From positions 51,212,001 through 51,276,000 of the forward strand of contig CM060733.1 in assembly GCA_030704615.1 (NCBI GenBank): a stretch of 64,000 bases of DNA. The letters are read 5' to 3'. This document shows, piece after piece, positions 25,701 to 36,410 of the stretch. This stretch comes from Takakia lepidozioides. Lineage: Eukaryota > Plantae > Bryophyta. Positions within the stretch are counted from its first letter, which is position 1. Every line of letters begins with the position of its first letter. The notes below the pieces were generated by a model that saw nothing but the letters and a program-made list of their open reading frames with translations, searched no databases and was not told the DNA's origin. The position numbers and the translations under genes are program-made.

Positions 25701-28217
25701 TTCTTTTGCCAACCTGGCCTCTTCCATCTGTTCCACATCATAATAACTATGATCAACACCATCAACTTATCTACATGGTAAGTGACTAATATTCTGCCCG
25801 CGCCAATACTGATTGAAGTAACTTTCATGTACACAGCCAAAAGTCTCAAGGGTTAGATGAACAGACGACAAACCAAGAGTGCTGACTAAAAGGGCCCTTG
25901 ACTGGTATGGAGATACAAACCCGGGAAGCCGCGAGCATCTCATAGGATTGGTCAGGCACTGGAAAGAGGTTCAGTTGCGTGGCGGCTCTCTCAAAGAATT
26001 GAGTCTCTTCCGCTCGCTCCATTGGCTGTTCTGGAAGGAACTGAAATTCACGTAGTGACCTGGGTTCATAGATGTGATGCCCAGTTGGCGGTCCCATAGG
26101 CTTTCGCTTTGTGCCTGCCGAGTTTGGCAAGGGAGGAAGACCTAATGCAGCACCCTGCACACGGAAGAAGCTTCAGTCAACAAAGGTACAAGGACTAAAA
26201 CAAACCAGAAATAATAAAATCTATGAGCATCTACCTACAGCTTGGCAAGTTAAGACTGGTGAGAGTGCTTTGTGCACACATTACAACTACCTTGCACCCA
26301 TCTGTAAACCCCCTCAGAATAGAAGAAGCAAATTGCATGCCCTTCATACCTGAAGAGGGCTTGGCTTATTAGTCTTCATGTCAGGGTAGTCATACACCCT
26401 ATCATCAAGAATGTAGTTTCCAGGCCCAGTGCCCAGTGCTGGCTCTGCTGCTGTAACATCTGCATAGAGACCAGGGAACAACCCCAAATATATCAGCTAA
26501 ACTGCATACAAACTGTTTGCCTGAGAGCATCTAAAACTTAACTTTAATTCAAAACAACCATGATAAAGTAAATAGGCACTAACAAGAGACAAGACTCTAC
26601 AGATGCAGCAAAGGAATCTGGAGTACAAAGCTCAGAGACACACATACCAATCAAGCCAAAGGCACCACGGGGCAGGGGATCAAATTCAATGCCCAAGGGC
26701 GGACCATCCTCTCTCAAAGGTTCCCCCAATTGGGACTCAACTTTTGCAATCGCTAACAGCTCAGCCTCTGCAGCTCTGGCAGCCAGGGCCTGACTCCTCC
26801 GCTTGCCAGGGAACTCTCCATCTTTGGGCCCCCCTTTCTTTGGGCGAGGTTTAGCCTCCTGCCACAAAAACCCACATTAGCTTCCTATACTGCTTCTCCT
26901 CAGGCGCACCAAGCACATGGGGGCATATAAGTGGACATGGTGGATCATGGTGGATCTTGTAAATCTCTCCATATGAACTTGTAAAAGCAAGTCATGGCCA
27001 TCCAGCTGAAGCCCAGGACTTTGCAGTTTAGATATGCAGTGAGGAGATTTCAGAGAGCCGGTACATTGGGATGGTGTGTAATTAGGGTGGTCATATGCAC
27101 CATTTGCTCTAGGCCTCAGTTCAATGTGTTCGATGCCCTCGATTGTTAGGGTTGAGATGACATCTTTCGGATCCCTCCTTCTGCTATTTTGGATTATTGA
27201 TGCTGTAGTCTTGTGGTTTACTTACATGCAATAGATTCCTGTCTTTCAGTGATGTATTCACAGATCACGGCTCTCTTCTGCCCTCTTTACAGATCCTTAC
27301 TTTCTCCCCTTTGTAAAGAAACTTCCACTGTTTTTCAAATCTTTCAGAGAATCAAGCCAAGGTGTGGTTCTTTGGAAAAGCTGAAGGAAGAACATTCAGT
27401 TGGGGCCCTAGCACAGAATTTCCCTTACCTCCTGGGCAAACCTTTCCAGGCCTTGATTTACCAACTCCTCTGTGTAGTGGTTTCCAGTAAGCAGGGTTGC
27501 GTCTCCAGGGTCTGATGCAAGGACTGCTCCAGGATATTGTGACCCGGCATTCTTGTCAGTTTTCGACTTCTTACGGGCCACATTGGCAGCGGGGCTATCA
27601 TCCTCTTTGCCTTTCCTGTCTTTTAGTCGTCGATGGCAGAACCACATCTGAAGCTGCTTGTCAGTTAAACTAAGCTGAGCTGATAACTCGGCCCGTACTG
27701 CCTCCGGGGGATACCGGTCCACTGCAGTACATGAAGAATGGTCAGTCAGAACTCCTCCTTGACTAATGTTCCGCCCTCCTTATGTGGCCATAACAATGAC
27801 ACCAAAGACGCACTTTTCAGACATTCAAATGTGGCCATCAAAGAAGTATGCAGCTTGGAATATGGGAATTAGAGCAGACGGACTTGACCCGATCAATGGA
27901 GACACAACCTGCAATTTTTTTCAACAATGCAGACGGGTCTGCATCTTCAACATGTACTATTTCCCCAACATATGGCTGAGTATTATACTGTTGCTTCCAA
28001 CCACTCCCTTATGGAACTTGCGACCTAAAAGATCTGTTATTGGAATTCACAACAAGAAAATAATACTGAGAGAAGAAGGGGGTGGAGGGGAAACTTGTCT
28101 TGTACAGAAAGTACCTGCATAGACCCTCTCCAGGGTCTCCAGCTGTATTGGAGTCTTCATCCTTCGCTTTAGGTTGTTATCGTCAGCAGGCAACCCGTTG
28201 CTCCCTTCTACATTCAT
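16746..28217 (-). CDS. RLT1: Homeobox-DDT domain protein (RINGLET/RLT family, ISWI partner)
   Basis: About 20 GT-AG exons. Homeodomain KRRMKTPIQLETLERVYA|VDRYPPEAVRAELS...QLQMWFCHRRLKDRK; LREDGPPLGIEFDPLP; DDT region VWRFLTTFADVVGLWPFTLDELVQAFHDY|DPRLLSEIH; HARE-HTH RLTPGTVKYAAFHVL; WHIM motifs (QGLMEGEYADLSVEERLNALVAL, RSLPLGCDRRHNRYW); acidic C-terminal tail; stop at 16746-16748. Start placed at the first in-frame ATG. Confidence 0.92.
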
Positions 28218-29394
28218 TCCTACTCCAGACTCGGAACAGGCTGCCACGACAATCGCATATGAGCAAGGCCAGATCTTTCAACACGGTCTTGCCAGACTTT
28301 TACAGCTTTGACAACGTCTGACTTAGCATGTGTCCATCTTTCCACAGCCCTTCCACTGCTTCTAACTTAAAAGACAGAAGCCTCTGGTCCCAATTAGGTC
28401 ACAATTTGCAACGACGACTACCTCCTCAATGTGAAAAAAGTTCAAAGGGTTTAGCCTCAACACGAATCCTTACTGAAAAAGGTGAAATAGATCCATGAGA
28501 CAGGTCAACTTACTCGTAAATTCCTCGCATCATAACTATATCCACACTCCTCCCGCAGTATACTCTGTGGCTCTCATCCACTTTTCTGTCACACTCGCCA
28601 ACCGATTGACAATACAAGCCGAGGCATCTCATAGATGCATTGCTTCATTCCCGCACCAGGTCTACTTCCGACAGAGACCTCATGCATCCATAGTTTCTGG
28701 AAATTTCCAGTGCTCAACAACGCTGATTAGGTCTTCTCCAGGCTCATCACTCCAACCCCCTGCCAACATGGATCCTGCCTAAAGCATTGTACACCCTTCC
28801 CAATCCTGCAGACTCGATGATCATTCATAGGTATTGACCCCCCGATCCTTTTGTGCAGAGGATCACGATCACCGTTGAAGAGGGGCAAGCCAAGGGAACG
28901 TGGATTGAGGCAAACCTCGAAATAACCCCAGGTCGGCCTCAGTGATGGCCCAGCGCCCCGGATTGCTGCTGCCATAAAAGTGATTTCACAAGGATTTGTG
29001 CACGCCTCCACCTCTGCAATTTTCGCACTACACATTCCTCACAAATTTTCGTCTTCAAATCTTTGTTTCTTCGTCGTCTTCCAGGTTTTTTTATTTGAAT
29101 ACCAATTATCTTTCTCATTCTTCCACCTTCTTATTCATATTTTCATTTTCTTTCACCTTTTGTTTTTTTCAGTGAGCCTGAGCGACGTTTTTATTTTCTT
29201 TTAAATTTTATTGTTATTATTATTTTAAACATGATCGCCGGGATGGGACAGAGCGGGACCTGAGTCCCGGGTCACTTTATTTTGGATTATTAATAGGGAA
29301 AACTAAGAACCCTCTGGTAAACTTACCATTACTAGGCGCGCACAGCCTAAACTTTCAATTAGATTCTACTGCTAGCTCATTGTTAATTGAATAT

Positions 29395-30060
29395 ATATAT
29401 TATTTATTTATTTATTTTTATTTTTGGAAGGGGACTGAAGCCCTGCTCGAACTTTATTTATAATTATGAATAATTGATGTTGAGTTAGAGCTTTCATTGG
29501 GGGTGCATAATAAAAACATAAGCCAAAACAATTAGTGTAAGGAAATTAAATTTTGTCTTCGGGCTGGGGATCTGCCCCTGTAATGCCTCCATGGCTCAGA
29601 AAGTGGTTGATTTTTTCCCTCTCATGGCCCAGTTGCTGGGGCTGGTGTTTCCTTGGAAACAAAATATAAAACAAAACAAAATAAAGTGGGTTGCATACTT
29701 TTACTGTTGAATAATTCTCTTTTTTTGACTAAAGGGGATGAAGCCCCGTTATTTTATTGAATAGGGGAAAAAATAAACCACAGAGGGCCATAAAGCAAAC
29801 ACACCATGTGGTGTGGGACGAACCCAGATCCTCATTGTTTTTCATTTTATAGAATTTATACATATCATCATAACACTTAGAATTTCTGACAAATGAACGT
29901 ATATGGAAAATCTATTGATAATTTGGTTTTTTCTTCTTTATTGGAAAGGGACAGTCCACAAATTGCTAATTGATATATTGAGAGAAAGTTGGTTTTCTCT
30001 CCCGGACATGGCCCCTAAATTTCGTGTTTGAGTTATTGGAGGCAAGGAAAAATATTTTTC
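29395..30060. mobile_element. Cluster of degenerate SINE fragments in both orientations
   Basis: Recurrent GGTT(A/G)ATTTTT(T)CCC core, GGGCTTC...CCCCTT-poly(A) 3' ends, and a B-box-like GGGTTCGTCCC on the minus strand at ~29815-29826. Related ends occur at ~7900, ~33510 and ~36415-36570. Confidence 0.5.
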
Positions 30061-30949
30061 AAAAAATCCCTAAAACATAAACATCAAGTATTTTCTTAGA
30101 CACGATGTGAAAGACATGAAGTTCTGTCCACTTTTCTTACCAAAAAAGGAAAAAAAAGAAAAGAAAAAAGGAAACACATGAAGCCTGTTGTTGGAAGCCT
30201 GATTAACTCAACTTTTTGACGGAGTAAGTTTGGTTCTATCTCATCTAGCATGCATGGAAAAAAGTATGTCATCGAGGCTTATTCAATTTATACTGGATAT
30301 ATTTTGACAATCCATGTTTTAATGGATGAACTTCTGACAAGGTTGGAGTCTTGTGAGTAGTAAATTCATCAAATCTTCCATGCCGCTTGTAGATACTAGA
30401 GGGTTTTATTTTGCATCAGGTATCAATAGAGGATTTTCATTGAAACTTCTTGTTGTCGACACCAACTTATACTACTAATGAGTTTTGATATTGAAGTTTT
30501 TTTTTTTCTAAAAGAAAGAAAAGACTGGTTTCAGTCGGCTTCACTACTAAAAGCCACACCAAAAAAAAAGAAAATAAAAAGAAAATAAAAAAGAAAGCCA
30601 CACTGTCTTTCAACTACCTCTACTACCTCCTTTTAGGGGTGGACGGATTTTGGTGTATATGAGTACGTCTTACTTTACGTTCATTGGTAATGATAGTTAA
30701 TGGGTTATCAGATGGTAATGAGGTGAAGTGCATCATTATGTAACACAAAATTATACAAAGTGACATGTGAGGTGAATATTATCGAATCGAAAATATCAAC
30801 AAATTCCTATGGTGATGATTATTAGAGGTTCGACATTGCCGCTTGATTATTGTCCGAGGGCAAAGATTAATAAAAATTGGGAAAAGGACAAGCCCACAAA
30901 TTGCAAATTGATGTATGAAAGTAAGAGTTGTTTTGTTTCCCTTAGAAAC

Positions 30950-31445
30950 AACTAGGGTAGTCTGTGCCGTTGGCCCAAGTGCAATCTCCTATGTATCCAA
31001 GTACGTCTCCCATGTCCAGGCCCAAGTGCGACCTCTAGGGTAGCCTCTGTTGTTGGCCCATGTGTGAAAAATTGAAATCTAAGACCAAGTGCAATTTCCT
31101 ATGTATCCATGTGTGTCTCCTATGCCGAGGCCCATCTAAACCCAAGTGCAATCTTCTATGTATCCAAAGTGCATCTCCCATATAAAGGCCCAATTGTCCA
31201 CTGTCATCTAAGCCCAAGTGCGATATCATGTATCCAAGGGCGTCTTCCATGTGCATCTCCTATGTCGAGGCCCATCTAAGCCCAGTGTGCAATCTCCTAT
31301 GTAGCCAAGTACGTCTCCTATGTCAAGGCCCCATTTTTTTTTTTCATGAATTTATTGAGTAGTAATATCCAATCATTATTGATATGTCTCATGTCTCTAG
31401 GGTAGCATGTGCCATTGGCCCAAGTGTCCAATGTCATCCAAGTCC
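30950..31445. repeat. Degenerate minisatellite of ~45-57-bp units, probably TE-internal
   Basis: At least five copies of CCCAAGTGCAATCTCCTATGTATCCAAG-like units, interleaved with three CTAGGGTAG...TTGGCCCA units. Confidence 0.75.
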
Positions 31446-31629
31446 AAATGCATTTTTTTTCCACATAGCCTACGACCAGATTTGAACCTGAGACCTTTCC
31501 CATAATATCTCTGCTCTCGAGGCTCCAACCATATTCCAGGAATGCCCACTTTGCAATTTTCAACGACCCAAAGTACTTGAAATTCCACATCTCCCACACC
31601 GCAGGTCCAAAAATCGTGAGACCAAGCCC

Positions 31630-31678
31630 GTGCACCCCCCCCCTCGTCAAGGGGTGCACCCCCCGCCTCGTCAAGGGC
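31630..31678. repeat. 24-bp tandem duplication
   Basis: GTGCACCCCCC(C/G)CCTCGTCAAGGG occurs twice. Confidence 0.8.
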
Positions 31679-32199
31679 TTTCCAACTGGACCAAGCACTC
31701 ATGGTGGGGCCCGCAGTTAGGGACATCTCAAATCTACAAAACAAAACAAAACAAACGTCTCGCTTCATATATTGATGTTGTTGGTGGGTGCAAAGACATC
31801 TTTTAGATCAAAGAGGGAACTAAATATAGAAATACGGAGCACGCAGTTTACAATGCTCTTAAGCATTTTTAGGGACAGTTTGTTAGCATTTTCTCTGTCC
31901 TTAGCCACATGTGCAAAGAAGAGAATCTTATATAGAAGGCATTTCCTGCTTCGAAGAGGTCAAATGGGCCGGGAAAGTTCATCCATTTGATCATTTGCCC
32001 TCTTCTACAATGAAACACTTTAAGAGATTTTTCACCCCTCATCTCATTTTAGGCTTTTGGTTAATTTTTTTCCCTTACAAACACTCTTTCTGTGGACGTT
32101 GTAAGCTATCGTTTCTTCACATTGGATTATTTGTTTACTCAGGATGAATGTGGGTACAAATGATAATGAGGACTTTCAGATGAAGAAGATCATCCGTAT

Positions 32200-32470
32200 G
32201 CTCGTCTCGTAGAGATGAAAGGTCACAAAAGAAGAGAATGCAACTTTTGAAAAGACACACACTCTTTGATAAAGAAGGTGGGCCAAAAAGAGCCGGGAGG
32301 CAAGATGAAGCTACTCCGGCCACTTCCGCCCAATGCAAAATGGACATAGCTACACCTTGTGTCATTTGGAATGCAATAGAAACTCGTTGATGTATAAGAA
32401 TAGAAGCAAATTTGGGATTGCTGATGCTAGGATGAGCACATGTGCGAAAGAAGTCATTGAACTCGACCAC
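32200..32470 (-). mobile_element. Fragment of a CRE-like (restriction-like endonuclease) non-LTR retrotransposon C-terminus
   Basis: ORF 32135-32470 contains LIHQRVSIAFQMTQGVAMSIL, resembling the QRxSIALQRxxA end motif of CRE-type elements. No other domain is visible. Confidence 0.45.
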
Positions 32471-32735
32471 TAGTAGTAATCTTGTTCATTGCTCTAAGCA
32501 GCTACGAGAATAGATGCTCCTTGCGACAATGCTAAGTAGTATGCTTAATAGATCACTAAGTTTCTCTTTTAATGAGGATTACATATATGAGTTTTGTTCT
32601 ACTACTCCACCAAAAGATTTCAACTCACAATTATAGACACAATTTCTACTTCGAACAGAAATAATAATTCAAATACTTTAATGATATTGCAATTGTTGTC
32701 TTAAATCTAGCATTTGATTGGTGGTAGTTGTAGCA

Positions 32736-33335
32736 ATGGCTGAAGTAGTAGCAACACCTCCACCTGCACCCGTTGGTGGAGCTCCAAAAGCAGAGGGTGC
32801 ACCACCTTCTGGGATTCTTGGAGGGGAAGAGCTAGCGAAGCTCGTGAAACTGAGGGAGAGTGAGGAAGCAAAGCTAAGAGAAGGTGTGGACAAGTTGGTG
32901 CAAGAAGCCAAACCTTTGCTTCCAGTGCGAGAGTACTTGGATAGAAAGATTACTCAACTGGTGCTTTCAGGCTTGCAACTGATTGTCATTGAAAGGCCTG
33001 AAAGACCTGTCGATTATCTAGCTAAATACTTGATGGCACATAACGCTTATCAAGAGCCAAAGCGGCTGAAATTGACAACGTGTCCAATTCACATGGTGAA
33101 TTACAATGGTGAATCATATGATGGTGGCTTAAAGTCACCGTGGTATAGCCTTATGTGGAATATTGATTTATCATTCACTTTGAAGCAATCTAACAAAGGT
33201 AAGGTTGATGGTGAGAAGGTTGATGGTGGTGGCAATGAGCAAGTTGATGATGATGGTGGTGACGAGCTTATCAGTGTCACAATTCAAGGTGATGGCCCAA
33301 TGCCACGCATGGCTGGTGGGGACAAGACAGCATAG
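32736..33335 (+). CDS. Dpy-30 motif (RIIa-clan dimerisation/docking domain) protein, intronless, ~199 aa
   Basis: LPVREYLDRKITQLVLSGLQLIVIERPERPVDYLAKYLMAHN matches the Dpy-30 motif (cf. [42 protein letters not shown]). ATG at 32736 in a good context (GCAATGGC). Confidence 0.78.
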   Translation: MAEVVATPPPAPVGGAPKAEGAPPSGILGGEELAKLVKLRESEEAKLREGVDKLVQEAKPLLPVREYLDRKITQLVLSGLQLIVIERPERPVDYLAKYLMAHNAYQEPKRLKLTTCPIHMVNYNGESYDGGLKSPWYSLMWNIDLSFTLKQSNKGKVDGEKVDGGGNEQVDDDGGDELISVTIQGDGPMPRMAGGDKTA

Positions 33336-34604
33336 GTGATATATTGCGAGAGGGTGGAAATGGTAACCCAAACAAATGAGGAAGTGTTAAATTTGTATAA
33401 AGATGAAATTGGGTAGTAAACTTGGGCAACGCCATTGCATCATAACATAGCTGTGGTTGAGACCCCATATTATCTAGAGTGCCAAAGCCGGAGATGTTTC
33501 ATTTTTTATTTTTTAAACAGGGGAGGAAGCCTGAGAATATATTAAGGAGGCATCGGAAAAATATCCATGCGAGGCCGAGAGGTTGATATTGACCTCGAGA
33601 GATATAAAGTGCAAAATATAAGTTACACTGCTCACAACTTTTGGTAGAATTATATCCCACGACATGAATCATCGTGGATTTTCTTGTTACCAGAGTACTT
33701 TAAAGCGTGGTGTTTGAATGTTGGTCTTCAAATCATGTATGAGACTTCTTAATTGAATTGTCAATTACAAATATAATACACTGAAAATAATGTTGATATT
33801 TAAAAAGTTAACACACATTTCTATAATAATTAATATATGATTTTCTTAGATTAGAAACTATGAGTAAATCCTACAGACAAATCGAGAAAAAAACCTGAAA
33901 AATAAAAACCTGATTGTGGATTTTGCGTGATTTGAGATTTACCAAGTTAGATATCGGATGCTGGCAGGCCTGTGACAGTTCCGACAGTTGCTGGAATCTT
34001 AGCATTCACCAATTTCTTGAGTCCAATTCTGTTTAGGCTTGCTGTTGTTTTTTTTTCGCCACACCTCTGTCACGCAAATTGCACAACAAGAAAAAGCTTG
34101 AAATTGCATCATACTACTACTTACCCTCGTGGATTGATTGGTGGAATGGAAACAAATGATACAGTACTCATAGCAGCTTTTTGCAGGCAAAGTAAAAGGG
34201 CCTCTGGTATGTTGCCCCAAAACATTAATTAAAGATGTGCTCCTGAACTACATACATATATCACAGCAAGCTGTGCCCCCCCCTTTTTTTTTTTTTTTTT
34301 TTTTGGTCTCACCAAAACTTGTCCACCCCCATCACCAAATTGCATCCCCTGTGGTTTTCTCTACACCACTTGGACCGCTCATGAAATAACATTCTCCATT
34401 TTATCTAAATTTGACATTAGCTAGGTGCTCAATGACTCAAAAAAATAAAATAAAAAAATAAAATAAATATCAACCTTAGTTAGATCAATTGAGACAGAAC
34501 GAACGAGGACTGTTTTATCTCAGCCAATGGTGTAAATGTAATTCCTTATGGTAATTATATATTCCATCTTTTGCCATTGAAAGACAATTGAATGAAAGGA
34601 TCCT

Positions 34605-35047
34605 AGTTTTGTAGCTCAGCTGGATGGAGCAGTGCCACCCAAGTGATTCTGGTTGTCGCCTTTCCCTCCTTGGGCAGTGTTCCATGAGCCTTGTGGTCAG
34701 CGTCTCATAATAACTTAAAGAGCTTTGTTCTCAGGTGTTTGAAAGCATCGACTGACTCCAAAACTAGCGAAGAAGTGGAGGTGGTTTTGGAGTCAGTCAA
34801 TGCGTTCGAGACACCTGAGAACGAAGCTCTAAGTTACATTCCTTTGTTCCTGAGGAAGTTTCCCTGTAAGCTTTCTGCTTGTTTTGTGCTCATGGTCAGG
34901 GGGTAGTTTCCCCCCAGTAAGCCTCCACGGCCTGCCTGGTGGTTATTTTTCCCACCAACTTCCTATGTACTACTTGGACACCTTTTTGTCCACCTGCTAT
35001 AAAGTTAATCGAGGCCACCGTCCCTCCTTCTTTAAGAAAAAAAGAAA
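34605..35047 (+). mobile_element. tRNA-derived SINE interrupted by a fold-back MITE
   Basis: A-box GTAGCTCAGCTGG, homology to 13786-13975, A-rich tail at ~35033-35047. ATTGAATGAA on both flanks (34587-34596 and 35075-35084) may be a TSD. Confidence 0.55.
34711..34836. mobile_element. Fold-back MITE (Tourist/Stowaway-like), almost entirely an inverted repeat
   Basis: ~55-bp arms: TAACTTAAAGAGCTTTGTTCTCAGGTG...GACTGACTCCAAAAC pairs with GTTTTGGAGTCAGTC...CACCTGAGAACGAAGCTCTAAGTTA; short loop. Confidence 0.7.
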
Positions 35048-35391
35048 CTAGGCCCTCCGGGGCCTACTAGACACATTGAATGAATTGTGGAGAAATTAAT
35101 GTTGGAGTATTTATTATTGGTGGCTGATACAATTAAATACATCTAACTATCAATGTCCACATTCACTATACCTTCAATTTTATACTTTTATGTATCAATT
35201 TTTATTTTCCTATTTATTGCCTGTAAAAGCGCAAACAATTGTCAAGTAAAATTCCCTTTTAGATGTGCTCCAAATAAGTGCGCAATGTTTTTAATGTTAC
35301 ACCCATTACTCTTTATTCATCCAACTGACAGTTTCTTTCATCCTTCTGACACATTATCCGTGCTGTCGAGAACGTTAACTAACGGCTGATA

Positions 35392-36031
35392 GACTACCGG
35401 CTCGCGGTAAGTAACGGCAACGAGACGCAACAGCCAAAAAATTAACTCCGAACGACTGCCCTAAGAACCACGAGGTGACCGCCGACTCCGGTTCTGAACT
35501 GGCTCCGTCCGAAGACGACCGGCCATTGGCGGTGCCAACGGGCCGGGCCGGGCCGGGCCACCACTGACCGCATGTCAGGCGCCGCAGCCTTCCTCGCCTA
35601 ATAATCCCCTCTTTCCATCACCGGTGTTTTCCGGTTGCCTCCTGCAGGAACTATCCAGTGACCGGCACGCCCGCCGGTCGCGGAGTGATGATCACAGTTC
35701 GATATGTTGGCCTGCGGTAATTATGTTTCACTGTGTCTAGGATTCCGCGTGCCAGCTGACCCCTGGTTAGTCAGTGGTTAGTTAGTGGTCAGTTACTAAA
35801 TTAGAATATATTGCACTTCATTTTAAATGCCACATATATATTTTTAATTATATATATAATGGGGAAGTAAAAAATGAAAAAAAATAAGTACCAGGATTTT
35901 TTTATTTTTTTGGAATTATTGGTGGGAAAATATTTATAACCCGAAAGTTCCACAAGCCCGCGAATCAAAAGCCACAAAAGCAAGTGTAAAATTTGGTCAC
36001 TTCACAGTCCGGTTTTCCAAGACCGGTAGTG
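35392..36031. mobile_element. Non-autonomous CACTA (En/Spm) element
   Basis: Termini GACTACCGG ... CCGGTAGTG (CACTACCGG on the minus strand; one mismatch at the left terminal base). 3-bp TSD ATA at 35389-35391 and 36032-36034. Confidence 0.62.
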
Positions 36032-36297
36032 ATATATTCTATTCTTTAATCTATTTGTGCGAAATATCACAAGGAATGATGTTTGGTTGAGGAATGAACG
36101 GCATTCATTACTGTATCTGAGTGACAGATTGGCACTGTAATTCAAAATCTGTCCAGTCAACAAATTCGGATTGGGGTGTTCATTGTTCATCTCCCAACAT
36201 TCCATGCGCAATGTTAGCGGAATTCCGAATTGTAGTCGCAATGATGTGGTGCGCGAAGGGTATTAGTAAATCGCAAGTAGCGGTAACGAAACTAGTT

Positions 36298-36410
36298 CAC
36301 CCGTCCGTCTATGTGGTGCGGCCGAACAATATTCAATTTAGTCCATTTAGTTTACCTGCCCGTGTTTGTGACGTGCGGCCAAACAATGTTCAATTTAGTC
36401 CATTTAGTTC
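36298..36410. repeat. ~58-bp direct repeat x2
   Basis: GTGCGGCC(G/A)AACAAT(A/G)TTCAATTTAGTCCATTTAGTT occurs twice. Confidence 0.8.

Noticed and set aside
26880-27215. Possible extra in-frame exon in RLT intron 2
   Set aside because: Exon 2 (ending 27429) joins exon 3 (~26861) in phase without it, and the translation is not RLT-like.
30950-31445. CRISPR-like repeat array
   Set aside because: Units are degenerate and contiguous without unique spacers; the context is eukaryotic and there are no cas genes.
35048-35071. Helitron-like 3' end (TAGGCCC-TCC-GGGGCCTA then CTAG)
   Set aside because: The hairpin abuts the CTAG rather than lying ~10 nt upstream, the CTAG is not followed by T, and no 5' TC end or second copy was seen.
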